Source of the DNA: Lingula anatina
Taxonomy: Eukaryota > Animalia > Brachiopoda
Direction: 5' to 3'
Assembly: GCA_051362555.1 (NCBI GenBank)
Contig: CM120649.1
Location: 12,586,001-12,650,000, forward strand
DNA: 64,000 nucleotides
Notes under the pieces: model-generated
Told to the model about the DNA's origin: nothing
Seen by the model: only the letters and a program-made list of their open reading frames with translations
Databases searched by the model: none
Shown: positions 48,024-54,831 of the stretch, piece by piece
Numbering within the stretch: the first letter of the stretch is position 1
Layout of the letters: each line of letters opens with the position of its first letter
Translations under genes and position numbers: made by a program

Positions 48024-51013
48024 TCCTGTGATTCAGGACACACTGGTGGATATACTGGAGACATGTGCCAGGCACATGGAGCAGGCAGAGAGATACGAGA
48101 TACTAGGAGAACTCTATAAACTCATCATTCCTGTCTACGAGGCCAAAAGAGATTATGCTGTAAGTCTGGTTGTATGTTAAATGATGTTTTATTATTATTA
48201 TTTTTTTAATCTTAAAAGGTCATTAGATTTGTGTGTAATATGGGTTAGGTATGACAGGTGAAAGCTGTGGCATTATAAAGTGTGTTGTAATAAATGATGG
48301 ACTGGTCACCTAGCTAGGAATAGCCGCACATATGCCGTGGGGCACTGGAGACTGTTCCTAGCTGTATTTACATGCAGGTATTTATTCATTTCTTCACTTA
48401 TTAATTTTATGTATCAATTCCTTCATTTATTTATTTATTTATCATGGTTTCCAGAGGTTAGCGGAATGTTATGACACACTGTGCGCAGCATACAACAAGG
48501 TTGTGGAGGTCATGCGGACGGGGAAGAGACTGCTGGGAAAGTTTTTCAGGGTGGCGTTCTTTGGACAGGTAAGTTATTTATCAGATATCAAGGAAAATAA
48601 TCTCAGGTAATATTATGAGATAAGAAAGAAGTGATGTCTTTCCAGTGCTTTGAAGTTCATGATATTTGTTGGGAGCTTTAAGAAAAGGAAAGTCTACCAA
48701 GGAAAGTTTTTGACAGTTAGCCAATAATTAAAAAAAATTAAAACATCTAAAAGTATTGTATAAAAAATTGTATCAATAGTTTGTGTGGAAGAAGATTAAA
48801 CTTTTTTTTTTACAATACAAGGAAAGTTCTAGCAATACAATATAACATATCCCTTAGCAAAGTTTGAAAGTTTGAAGCAAAATTGCAGCAAATTTGCTGA
48901 AAACTTAGTTTGTGGCAAGCCTGCTATTTTGCTAAAGGATAATTGTATCATTATTAAAGGATAATGTAGAGTGTTAATAAGTAGTTGTACGATCTTTTTC
49001 ATTATTCTTCCAGTTGTTTGAAGAAGAGGATGGCAAGGTTTATATCTACAAGGAGCCCAAGGTGACGGGACTGCCAGAGATCTGTGAGAGGTTAAAGGGG
49101 CTGTACTCTGAGAAATACGGCAAAGGAAATGTGAAGCTCATCATGGATTCTAACAAAGTAGGTTCCATCAGTGACGGTTTCTTGTGCATATGGGACATTT
49201 AATAAAGTTTGAAAAAATATTTAAATGTTTTAGTTTGATACATGTGTATGTCTACATCTTGGCAACTGATTTGATTCAAGGGGGCAGGGGGCTATGTCTG
49301 TATGTCACTGTGGGGTTCAATATAGACCGAAGTCACTTTTTGAAAGGCAATTTTATTAAATCAGTTAAAAAAAATTTTACCAACTCAATTACTTAGAACT
49401 GTCTATCCTGAATATTTGGTCAAAATTTTGAAATATCGGTATCTTGATTTGTCCACCAATGAAAATATGTAACACCCTGCAGTAGCAGAGGTAATGATGA
49501 TGTTTGACACTATTTTTTTCTACAGGTTAACCCAAAAGACTTAGATAGCAAATATGCTTACATCCAAGTCACGTATGTAACACCTTATTTTGATGAAGCA
49601 GAGCTAGAAAACAGGCAAACAGACTTTGAAAAGAATAACAATATCAGAAAATTCATGTTTGAGACTCCTTTTACAAAAGATCCCAAGAAGTCAAGAGGCT
49701 CCATTGAGGAACAGTGGAAGAGGCGTACCATACTCACAAGTTGGTCAAAATAAAATTATATATTATATTTATTTATAGAAGTAATGCAGTCAAGAACTTT
49801 GTGTTGGAATTTTCTTGTTCTTTAGATTTTTTAATTCACTTTGGAATTTGATTTCTTTGTCAATTTTTATTTGAAGTAAATTTGATTTTATCAGAGTTTG
49901 TAGAATTTTACGCCATTAATTGAAAATTTGTCAAAATTTTAGTAAGTACCAAAATATTTTTTATATGAGTTGAACCAATGTAAAACTGCAAATAAGACTC
50001 ATAAATTTGTCTTTTGGCAGCAAACAATACATTCCCTTATGTCAAGAAACGCATCCAGGTGGCGTACGCCCATGAACTGGAACTCTCACCAATAGAGGTT
50101 GCCATTGACGAAATGCAAATCAAAGTTGCTGATCTTCGAGAGGTAGTCAATCTGAACCCTCCAGACCTGAAGAAGTTGCAGCTCAAGCTCCAGGGCAGCG
50201 TTAGCGTCCAGGTGAACGCGGGGCCATTGGCGTACGCGGAGGCATTTTTGGACAGAACAAGAGGGAGCAGGTGTCCAAAGTCCAAGGTGGACAAGCTGAA
50301 GGATGTGTACAGGTCAGTTTATTTATTTATTTATTTATAAATCTAATTGTTGATTTATTTATCAATTAACCAAATGGCTACATAATCTGATTACAGTATG
50401 ATCATAAGGCTCAGTGAACAGTTCAAGTTACTAAGCTAGCAGGCTTGTAGATATTACTTTACTTCAGTTGTTATTTTAAATAAATATGTTTTATTTAGGA
50501 CAAATTATAATTTTATTAAGAAATTGCTTTTTTTAGTCTGGAAAATCTGTTATTCTTTCAATTCTAGACATTTTGTTGAGGCCTGTGGAGATGCAGTGGA
50601 GCTGAACGCGGGTCTAATTCTCTCTGAACAGTATGAGTACCACGAGAGTCTGAAACACGGCTTCAAGGAATTGAAGGACAGGTTATCAGAAATTATGCAG
50701 GAAAGGGTAAGAAATGGAAGATACTGGTAGCAACTTTTTATGTCTGTGTTTGTTTGTGTGTGTAAGGCACCTGGTTCTCACTAGTACTTTAGTAGAACGT
50801 AGATTACTATAACCCTTTTTATTGAATCCGTTTCATTATTTAAATGACACACATCTGCAAATGTGATCTAAATGACATGTTAATGATATGCAAATCCTCT
50901 TTCTCTTCCCCCAGGTGATCACTGAAGAGGACCGCCTCAGTACCAGCAGCAGCAGGTCATCATTAACTTTATTCAATGTTATTAGTGCCACAGGCTCCAC
51001 TAGCACTGTATAG
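1..51013 (+). CDS. DOCK9: DOCK-D family (Zizimin; DOCK9/10/11 ortholog) Cdc42 guanine nucleotide exchange factor; 5' end lies upstream of the window; 37 core exons traced
   Basis: Spliced translation gives hallmark DOCK9-like motifs: [14 protein letters not shown]; [31 protein letters not shown] (DHR-1); [10 protein letters not shown]; [40 protein letters not shown]; [21 protein letters not shown] (DHR-2). All exon phases are mutually consistent with GT-AG introns. Confidence 0.96.
589..708 (+). CDS. DOCK9: DOCK-D exon (PVFKPF...[22 protein letters not shown])
   Basis: TTTCAG acceptor, GTGAAA donor, phase 2-2. Confidence 0.9.
1340..1419 (+). CDS. DOCK9: DOCK-D exon ([16 protein letters not shown]...)
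   Basis: CTTCAG acceptor, GTAAGT donor, phase 2-1. Confidence 0.88.
1834..2021 (+). CDS. DOCK9: DOCK-D exon, start of DHR-1/C2 domain ([22 protein letters not shown])
   Basis: Motif match; TTTCAG acceptor, GTAAAA donor, phase 1-0. Confidence 0.93.
2337..2495 (+). CDS. DOCK9: DOCK-D exon, DHR-1 (ARNIACCIE...[11 protein letters not shown])
   Basis: Motif match; TTTTAG acceptor, GTGCGT donor. Confidence 0.93.
2862..3037 (+). CDS. DOCK9: DOCK-D exon, DHR-1 ([22 protein letters not shown]...GYAWMP)
   Basis: Motif match; CTACAG acceptor, GTGAGA donor. Confidence 0.93.
3465..5606 (+). mobile_element. 5'-truncated L2/CR1-group LINE in a DOCK intron, sense orientation
   Basis: RT ORF 3849-5399 ([64 protein letters not shown]). 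The same frame continues upstream past a stop at 3777-3779, and a frameshift lies near 3520. The 3' tail has GTAAGGCGCC repeats and (ATT)n ending near 5606. The 5' boundary is approximate. Confidence 0.92.
3849..5399 (+). CDS. LINE ORF2 reverse transcriptase domain and C-terminus (no endonuclease; likely non-functional copy)
   Basis: 516-aa ORF with the canonical non-LTR RT subdomain motifs. Confidence 0.88.
   Translation: MDSKFCALDPMPTYIVKECISVLSPVLLRLVNLSFSTGIFPSNCKTAIVRPLLKKQGLCKNVLKNYRPISNLPFLGKFLEKMACSQLSSYLSENKLFGKFQSAYREGHSTETALLRVHNDIMLALDKQRDVILVLLDLSAAFDTIDHNILLHRLQHRFRVNGLALSWFTSYLKNRTQRVSIESVLSQPVNLEYVVPQGSVLGPILFSLYMLPVEDIILKHGLNTVIFADDTQVYITCKSSQSATITSMETCLAEIREWMKVNMLALNDSKTELIWFTSRFKANRKNVANANICIGDVLIKPSSSVKDLGVTLDENGTMGKRVSEVCKSASYALWCIGKIRKVLDNKTTEKLVHAFISSRLDYCNSLLFGICDYQIKKLQVIQNSAARLVCQIKYNSTHHITPILKELHWLPVKQRIDFKVLCIIFKAIHSQGPLYLSDLICFNLPRRSTRFNTENDFILEHSVLEKGCLKSYGDRAFIIYAPRVWNGLPNFIRKTEDFDNFKSLLKTHFFNSVYIS
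5627..5714 (+). CDS. DOCK9: DOCK-D exon, DHR-1 ([20 protein letters not shown]...)
   Basis: NLPPGYL motif; TTCCAG acceptor, GTAAGT donor. Confidence 0.92.
6146..6232 (+). CDS. DOCK9: DOCK-D exon ([29 protein letters not shown])
   Basis: KWVD...STIYT end of DHR-1; TTCCAG acceptor, GTTAGG donor. Confidence 0.92.
6476..6568 (+). CDS. DOCK9: DOCK-D exon ([13 protein letters not shown]...VNKLK)
   Basis: DQHLHNFF motif; GTATGT donor. Confidence 0.9.
6577..6631. repeat. Perfect 22-bp inverted repeat (11-nt loop) just downstream of a splice donor
   Basis: TCCATTTGCCATCTCACGTAAA ... TTTACGTGAGATGGCAAATGGA. Confidence 0.95.
7559..7604. repeat. (TA)n microsatellite
   Basis: Seen directly in sequence. 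Confidence 0.95.
8635..8679 (+). CDS. DOCK9: Candidate 45-nt cassette or alternative exon ([15 protein letters not shown])
   Basis: Long pyrimidine tract + TTCAG, AAG|GTATGT donor, phase 0-0, open frame; ELLKFVK resembles the ELVKYLK segment recalled from vertebrate DOCK9. Confidence 0.75.
10210..10325 (+). CDS. DOCK9: DOCK-D exon ([25 protein letters not shown]...)
   Basis: FLPTIxNQLFR motif; GT-AG boundaries. Confidence 0.92.
10520..10589 (+). CDS. DOCK9: DOCK-D exon (VLVHVVSE...LHSYVK)
   Basis: Phase 2-0; GTAAGT donor. Confidence 0.9.
10863..11069 (+). CDS. DOCK9: DOCK-D exon (YVFQTE...TVHEELAK...[15 protein letters not shown])
   Basis: TVHEEL and WFFF motifs; GT-AG boundaries. Confidence 0.93.
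11243..11389 (+). CDS. DOCK9: DOCK-D exon ([11 protein letters not shown]...[10 protein letters not shown])
   Basis: RxxRFP motif; GT-AG boundaries. Confidence 0.92.
11578..11661 (+). CDS. DOCK9: DOCK-D exon ([18 protein letters not shown]...)
   Basis: FMDRG motif; GT-AG boundaries. Confidence 0.93.
12032..12140 (+). CDS. DOCK9: DOCK-D exon ([25 protein letters not shown]...)
   Basis: HEHYxPLNLP motif; phase 0-1. Confidence 0.93.
12150..12405. repeat. 32-bp minisatellite (TGTCACAACTGAGGCAATTGTCTTTGATATTT), about 7-8 diverged units
   Basis: GTCACA recurs at 12313 and 12345 (period 32). Confidence 0.9.
12581..12595 (+). CDS. Candidate 15-nt microexon (GNLSA), or a recursive AG|GT site
   Basis: TTGCAG|GTAATTTAAGTGCAG|GTATTA; phase 1-1, open. 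Confidence 0.4.
13266..13350. repeat. Compound (TA)n(CA)n microsatellite
   Basis: Seen directly in sequence. Confidence 0.95.
13663..13743 (+). CDS. Candidate 81-nt cassette exon ([27 protein letters not shown])
   Basis: AAACAG acceptor, GAG|GTAAAC donor, phase 1-1, open, GC-richer than flanks. Confidence 0.65.
15004..15093 (+). CDS. Candidate 90-nt cassette exon ([30 protein letters not shown])
   Basis: CCTAG acceptor, GTG|GTAAGT donor, phase 1-1, open. Confidence 0.55.
15098..15490. repeat. 25-bp minisatellite (TGTCTCAACCAGCACAATGTGGTGT), about 15 units
   Basis: TCAACC recurs at 15101, 15126 and 15151. Confidence 0.95.
16096..16119 (+). CDS. Weak candidate 24-nt microexon (EPESYISN)
   Basis: Strong ATG|GTAAGT donor; GAGCAG acceptor with a poor pyrimidine tract; phase 1-1, open. 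Confidence 0.3.
17149..17163 (+). CDS. Candidate 15-nt microexon (EISAE)
   Basis: Long pyrimidine tract + TGCTACAG acceptor, AAG|GTAAAC donor, phase 1-1; TGCATG at 17091. Confidence 0.7.
17920..18350. repeat. 42-bp minisatellite (TGTCACACCTAACACAATGATTCTTCATGCTTCATAAATATA), about 10 units plus degenerate flanks
   Basis: GTCACA recurs at 18203 and 18245 (period 42). Confidence 0.93.
18727..18747 (+). CDS. Candidate 21-nt microexon (GRFVPLY)
   Basis: TGC-containing pyrimidine tract + GTCAG, ACG|GTACGT donor, phase 1-1; TGCATG at 18854. Confidence 0.65.
20233..20411 (+). CDS. DOCK9: DOCK-D exon ([23 protein letters not shown]...KHSFDDRY)
   Basis: Motif match; phase 1-0. Confidence 0.93.
20717..20999 (+). 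CDS. DOCK9: DOCK-D exon ([13 protein letters not shown]... low-complexity linker)
   Basis: RIAxLYLP motif; GTAAGT donor; phase 0-1. Confidence 0.88.
21050..21760. repeat. Degenerate ~100-bp tandem repeat (GCTGGGtattaTAGTCTCTgtc..CCATGCA), interrupted by a small inverted-repeat insert (21199-21343)
   Basis: Motif copies near 21055, 21151, 21516, 21618 and 21716; AAATGATTCTGAT...ATCAGAATCATTT. Confidence 0.6.
23251..24664 (-). CDS. Nested antisense TRIM/RBCC E3 ligase (TRIM56/TRIM45-like): exons 24664-24321 and 24079-23251, about 390 aa
   Basis: C3HC4 RING ([24 protein letters not shown]...CPVC); B-box1 split by a GT-AG intron (CDSC...|[14 protein letters not shown]); B-box2 ([24 protein letters not shown]...H..H); coiled coil. 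Exons total 1173 nt in frame. Confidence 0.88.
26062..26200 (+). CDS. DOCK9: DOCK-D exon, Ser/Ala-rich linker
   Basis: CTTCAG acceptor, GTAAGC donor; phase 1-2 is needed to keep the frame. Confidence 0.85.
26512..26553 (+). CDS. Candidate 42/36-nt cassette exon ([14 protein letters not shown])
   Basis: Two in-frame acceptors (starts 26512 and 26518), GTAAGT donor, phase 2-2, open. Confidence 0.6.
27079..27105 (+). CDS. Candidate 27-nt duplicated microexon (SKSIGQQFQ)
   Basis: TTTTAG acceptor, GTTAGT donor, phase 2-2; a copy of the start of the next exon (SQSVGQQSQ). Confidence 0.4.
27171..27313 (+). CDS. DOCK9: DOCK-D exon (...[25 protein letters not shown])
   Basis: DKL..E.K.LLMCF motif; GT-AG boundaries. 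Confidence 0.92.
27637..27703 (+). CDS. DOCK9: DOCK-D exon ([23 protein letters not shown])
   Basis: Phase 1-2; GTAAGT donor. Confidence 0.9.
28002..28055 (+). CDS. DOCK9: DOCK-D exon ([14 protein letters not shown])
   Basis: FxYxGxK motif; GTAAGT donor. Confidence 0.9.
28327..28387. repeat. (TTTA)n microsatellite
   Basis: Seen directly in sequence. Confidence 0.95.
28585..28602 (+). CDS. Candidate 18-nt microexon (SMEEDE)
   Basis: Pyrimidine tract + TTACAG, purine-rich body, GAG|GTATAA donor, phase 2-2. Confidence 0.6.
30617..30735 (+). CDS. DOCK9: DOCK-D exon ([12 protein letters not shown]...)
   Basis: Phase 2-1; GTAAGT donor. Confidence 0.87.
30989..31104 (+). CDS. DOCK9: DOCK-D exon (...[14 protein letters not shown]...)
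   Basis: Resembles the EAN.ATEV.LT.LD motif; phase 1-0. Confidence 0.9.
31433..31570 (+). CDS. DOCK9: DOCK-D exon (...MRKIFDLY...[19 protein letters not shown])
   Basis: QSE...FAALR motif. Confidence 0.93.
31894..31950 (+). CDS. DOCK9: DOCK-D exon (FPKVLFKG...CYE)
   Basis: Phase 0-0; GT-AG boundaries. Confidence 0.9.
32300..32425 (+). CDS. DOCK9: DOCK-D exon (LLRGCNS...[12 protein letters not shown]...RVHLQ)
   Basis: Motif match; GT-AG boundaries. Confidence 0.92.
32759..32872 (+). CDS. DOCK9: DOCK-D exon (VIINVSQLL...[16 protein letters not shown])
   Basis: RFQxSLxIIN motif. Confidence 0.93.
35436..35459 (+). CDS. Candidate 24-nt microexon (FWARQERQ)
   Basis: T-tract...GCCAG acceptor, CAG|GTAAAA donor, phase 0-0. 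Confidence 0.35.
35549..35578 (+). CDS. Candidate short exon ([10 protein letters not shown], or 9-nt EKQ from 35570)
   Basis: CAG|GTAAAA donor; ends in phase 0; acceptor ambiguous. Confidence 0.35.
35684..35704 (+). CDS. Candidate 21-nt microexon (GPIAVRM)
   Basis: Very long pyrimidine tract + CCCAG, ATG|GTAAGA donor, phase 0-0. Confidence 0.7.
36050..36243. mobile_element. About 190-bp fully palindromic MITE (PIF/Harbinger-Tourist-like ends)
   Basis: TAAGGGTGC..TACAATGAA / TTCATTGTGAATGTACCCTTA; inner TAACTCCATGGA / TCCATGGAGTTA; centre ATGCAT. Confidence 0.75.
37492..37955. mobile_element. CpG-rich non-autonomous element with a ~100-bp subterminal hairpin (37523-37624)
   Basis: AAATAATGCACTGT..CCCGATATC.ACGATAGCA / TGCTATCGT.GATATCGGG..ACAGTGCATTATTT; CpG density far above the flanks; boundaries approximate. 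Confidence 0.65.
38300..38362. promoter_or_regulatory. Putative intronic enhancer: RFX X-box + forkhead + ETS motifs
   Basis: GCTGCCATGGCAAC (1 mismatch to GTTGCCATGGCAAC), then TGTAAACA, AGGTCA and CAGGAAGT. Confidence 0.4.
39483..39538. repeat. (CA)n microsatellite
   Basis: Seen directly in sequence. Confidence 0.95.
42713..42928 (+). CDS. DOCK9: DOCK-D exon, start of DHR-2 ([25 protein letters not shown]...TPELRKTWL)
   Basis: Highly conserved DOCK-D motif; phase 0-0. Confidence 0.95.
43309..43366 (+). CDS. DOCK9: DOCK-D exon, DHR-2 ([19 protein letters not shown])
   Basis: Motif match; phase 0-1. Confidence 0.94.
44137..44148 (+). CDS. Candidate 12-nt microexon within DHR-2 (GKLR)
   Basis: About 35-nt pyrimidine tract + GTCAG, GTAAGT donor, phase 1-1. 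Confidence 0.7.
47352..47461 (+). CDS. DOCK9: DOCK-D exon, DHR-2 ([16 protein letters not shown]...GMQDVQY)
   Basis: Motif match; phase 1-0. Confidence 0.93.
48037..48159 (+). CDS. DOCK9: DOCK-D exon, DHR-2 (DTLVDILE...AERYE...LIIPVYE)
   Basis: AERYE motif. Confidence 0.93.
48455..48568 (+). CDS. DOCK9: DOCK-D exon, DHR-2 (...[16 protein letters not shown])
   Basis: FRVAFFG motif. Confidence 0.94.
49014..49157 (+). CDS. DOCK9: DOCK-D exon, DHR-2 ([19 protein letters not shown]...)
   Basis: YIYKEP motif. Confidence 0.94.
49526..49739 (+). CDS. DOCK9: DOCK-D exon, DHR-2 ([22 protein letters not shown]...FMFETPFT...KRRTILT)
   Basis: Motif match; phase 0-1. Confidence 0.95.
50021..50312 (+). 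CDS. DOCK9: DOCK-D exon, DHR-2 catalytic lobe with the nucleotide-sensor valine ([17 protein letters not shown])
   Basis: [19 protein letters not shown] and VNAGP motifs. Confidence 0.96.
50568..50706 (+). CDS. DOCK9: DOCK-D exon, end of DHR-2 ([13 protein letters not shown]...EYHESL)
   Basis: Motif match; phase 2-0. Confidence 0.93.
50915..51013 (+). CDS. DOCK9: DOCK-D terminal coding exon (...[17 protein letters not shown])
   Basis: CCCCAG acceptor; LFNVIS resembles the IFNAIS tail of DOCK9; TAG at 51011-51013. Confidence 0.88.
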   Translation: MITEEDRLSTSSSRSSLTLFNVISATGSTSTV

Positions 51014-53012
51014 CAGCAGTAATAACCGGAAACCTCAACCCATAGACCTGTGTTTATACTCTCTCTATATACTTTGGTGTATGTACCGTCGGTATATGTA
51101 CAACTCATATACCTGGTACTTCAACAGTGTCAAAATCGACCCACTAATTTCGGGTTGTGGCCTTGTTTTCTAGATCATATTTAAATGGCTGATAAGTTAG
51201 CTTCATCCTCATGCTCTTGCCTAATTATTAAGTAGTTGAACCTACTTGTGCTATTTGGTTACCTTGACCTACATATGATGAGTACTGACCTTGAACTATA
51301 TTTGCTGTGTAGTGGCCATGCTCTAATGATATGTATAGCAATTCTGTAGGCCAGTGGTTGACTATGATCTGTTTGTGCTATGTTTACCTTGACCTACATG
51401 TGCTGAGTATTGAACTTGACCTAAATGTGCTAAGTAGTCAGCTCATACCTGTATGTTACACTCTAACAGGCTTGGTACAAGTAGCAGTTACCAGTACTAA
51501 TTTAAAATGACAAACCTGGACCTGATTTGGCCCACTTCAGGTGGGTTTCTTAGATTGTGTACAATCTTAATTTTACACAGATAAGATCGAATTGTTTTAA
51601 ACTTTTATTTTTTAATTATTATTATAATTTTTTTTTGCCATCCTACTCAGACTTGGTGTACAAAAAAGGAAAGATATAGAAAGGGATTGAATATCTCTCA
51701 AGTGCCTGAAGCAGACATCAAAATACATGTACTTTAATTGCTGTGGGATTTGTAGTCTGAAAGAAAAAGTGAAACTGAATGTTGCAAAAATATTTGGGAA
51801 ACTGGTGTGTCTTATTTGGCCGGCTTATTGAATAAATATAGTGAGACAATTAAACAAAGTGGAGAATATGAGAAGATTTAAAGTGGAAGTAATAGGGCTG
51901 TCTTGATTGATTTCTGAATTATATGTATATGGCAGCCACTTTTCTCTGTCCTGTCTGATTGCTAAATATGTTATATTAAGGTAAATAATGTGACTCAGAA
52001 ACTTTCCACAAGAAGATTTCACTAGCATAGTTTGACATCTGCGAACTTTCAAGACAAAATTTAGACTAATGCGTGTAGTGGTTGAAATTTTGTTGAGCTT
52101 ACTGCCTTGCTATAAATCAAATTAGTTTGTCTGAATAAATCTACTTGTAGAGCAAGCACTGCCTTAGATTTACATGTATGTGTAATAGTTTGAAAATCGA
52201 CCTATACTGGGTGCCCTTTCTCTCTGAAATCTCGACTTGTCTGTATGTGAATAAAGATAGATACACTGGCATACTTAGTAACTACAATCTAAACGTCGAC
52301 CTAACGGGTTCTTAGTTCAGTAGTAGACCTGCAGTCTGGACCTGCTTGTATGGGCCTCGATCTGAGAAGACTTGCAATCTAGATTTGCCTGTATCTAACG
52401 TGCCCTCTATTAGGGACACGGGTTGAGTTTTTCACCAGTTATTCAAAGATATGTCTCTGGGTAACTCGTGGTACATTTTTCCACTGTGTTTATATAGAGG
52501 AAAGTTCACTTAATTAATCTGCGGACCTGGTAGAGGGTACATTAGACGTGGCTGTACATGTACCGTACATGTGTACTATTCCTACTACTGTAACTTTGCA
52601 TTTTTAATTTGCCTGCAGGTCACCTTATATATTGAATGATTAACAGTCTGGAATTGCCTTTCGTTAATACCTACATGTACAGGCAGGTTTCGATTTCGTG
52701 AATTTATCTTTAGTGGTGTACATGCAGTTGCTAATATCATTGTCATTTTTGTGTATTTAACATGCTGCCATCCTCACACTCACAAAGAAGCTAAGATTTG
52801 ACTCAAATCAGTTTTATTAAAAATAATAAAATTCTGCATAATCTTATTAGTTCCATTTGCAGGATTTATGTGATGCGTGGTACACGTATGCCGCGGTCTT
52901 TGTGAAAACGCTTCATTGTTTGTATAGTGTTTTACACGTAAACTCATATATTGTCTGCATTAAGGGTGTTTTTTAAAGATTCATTGTACATTATCATCTT
53001 GCTTCAGTAACC

Positions 53013-53018
53013 AATAAA
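53013..53018 (+). promoter_or_regulatory. Candidate polyadenylation signal (3' UTR of about 2 kb)
   Basis: AATAAA followed by GT/T-rich sequence; other AATAAA copies exist upstream. Confidence 0.35.
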
Positions 53019-54831
53019 TGGTCGTTCAATGTAAATGTTGTAATCTAAGAGATTTTTATTTTTACTTTACCTGCCCATTATACTGCACTAGTATGATGAA
53101 CGGAAAAACAGTTTGTGCCAAAATAAATATTGAACGTGTTCATGCACATTCTTTTGAATGGACGCGAAACGTAAAATTTAAGACAAAAATAATAGGTGTC
53201 GCCTGCCACAAATTTGCTTTTAAGCTAAAAAAATCTTAATAGTATTCCATGGTTAGCAAAATAACAGAATACGAATATTATACTTTGAATTAACGTAAAT
53301 AAAATATTAAAATAAATGCGGGCATGAAGACACCAACAATAATGAAATGCAAAGATATGTGTGAATGGAGTTCAAATTATTCATTTAGTAATTAAAGTGT
53401 ATTGCGCGTTGCACTTAAACTAGATTTTAAAATATAGTGTTTACACTCGTCCATTAAAAAGAAAAAATGTCATCGGAGCAGGTGATTGGTTTTATTTTCA
53501 TTTTTATCACTCGTTCAATAGGATGTGTCACATAAAACCCTTCAACATACAAAATTGCAGATTTTAAGACTGCATTTCCAGTAATTCTGATTATCAAAGA
53601 AGTGGATCTGAATGCTATTTCATCCATGTCCAATCTGTTATAATCCGCTTTGCTTCAAAGTTGTCTCGGTTTTTCAGATTCCCTACTTGCGTTCCCTGGT
53701 GAAGGAGATAATTGTTTTCATTATCCATCGTATACCAAAGAGATTAGAGATTCCCAGAATCCTTGAAATCCAACTTCATCTGTTGATTCCTCGCGTTACC
53801 GCCATTATTATCTCACCACTCTCTGACATGCAATTCTTCAGTAACTAATCCAGAATACCAACTGATATTGTCTGCCTTTCTAATTGAGTAGATAATAAAT
53901 GAAAACACCCACGCGAAAAGTAACCTACTGTATTAAATACCCTTGCTATGAAAAACGATAAGAGAAGTGTGGGAGGGAAAGAGGGAAGAGATACATATAA
54001 TAGTTATATTCCAGGGGAGCATTTTTTGGTCGAAAAATTAAACAAAAGATTCGTAAAAGGTTTAATGTATTTTTACCTCTGTGATAACGATTTTGGCTCT
54101 TCACCAGATAGCCAGTGACACGCCAATGAAGGGACAAAACGCTATGTCCCAAAGACAAAAAACTTTTTGTCTCTTTAGAGAATAAATCGCCCCTACTAAA
54201 ATCTCTATACAAAAGGCTTAATTCCAACTTATTTCACTGCATTCTCTTCTTATAATAGAATCAACGGCGGAATTTAAGGTAAATTAAAACTGCTTTGTTT
54301 TTCTGTTACTGTTCCAGAGCCAGTTTAGTCACCCTGGTGTCAAAGGACGACAGACGGGACATTACGACCCACCTCTGACCCCTTGGAGGCACAGCTGCCA
54401 CCATCCTGAAACTAGGGAAAGAATTCGGTACCTTAATGACCACTTCCCGAAGGGTGCCAGACGGGGCTTGGAACAGTTTGCTTTTTCTGTTGTTGACAGT
54501 TAGAATGGTTGTATTCTAGTAAACTCATGGCAAGGTTATCTCCCTTGTCGAATGATGCAAGTCCGGGCCATTTTACGTTTTTATTTTCTCATTGTTTGAA
54601 GTTCTGAGTTCAAATAGATATTGCGCTTGACCGTATTTGGCAAAGCATGATTGCAGTGCATGAAGTATGAGAAGCACACTTTTTTTTTCATTACTAGGCC
54701 TATCGCTAAGTGATTAATTCAACTGAAGCAGAAGAACCAACAATACAGAATGACATTTAGCATTTAGTATTAGACAGTCCCCCATTACAAAGTGTCGGGG
54801 ACCCCGTTATTTCAGAAACCAATATCAAGTC

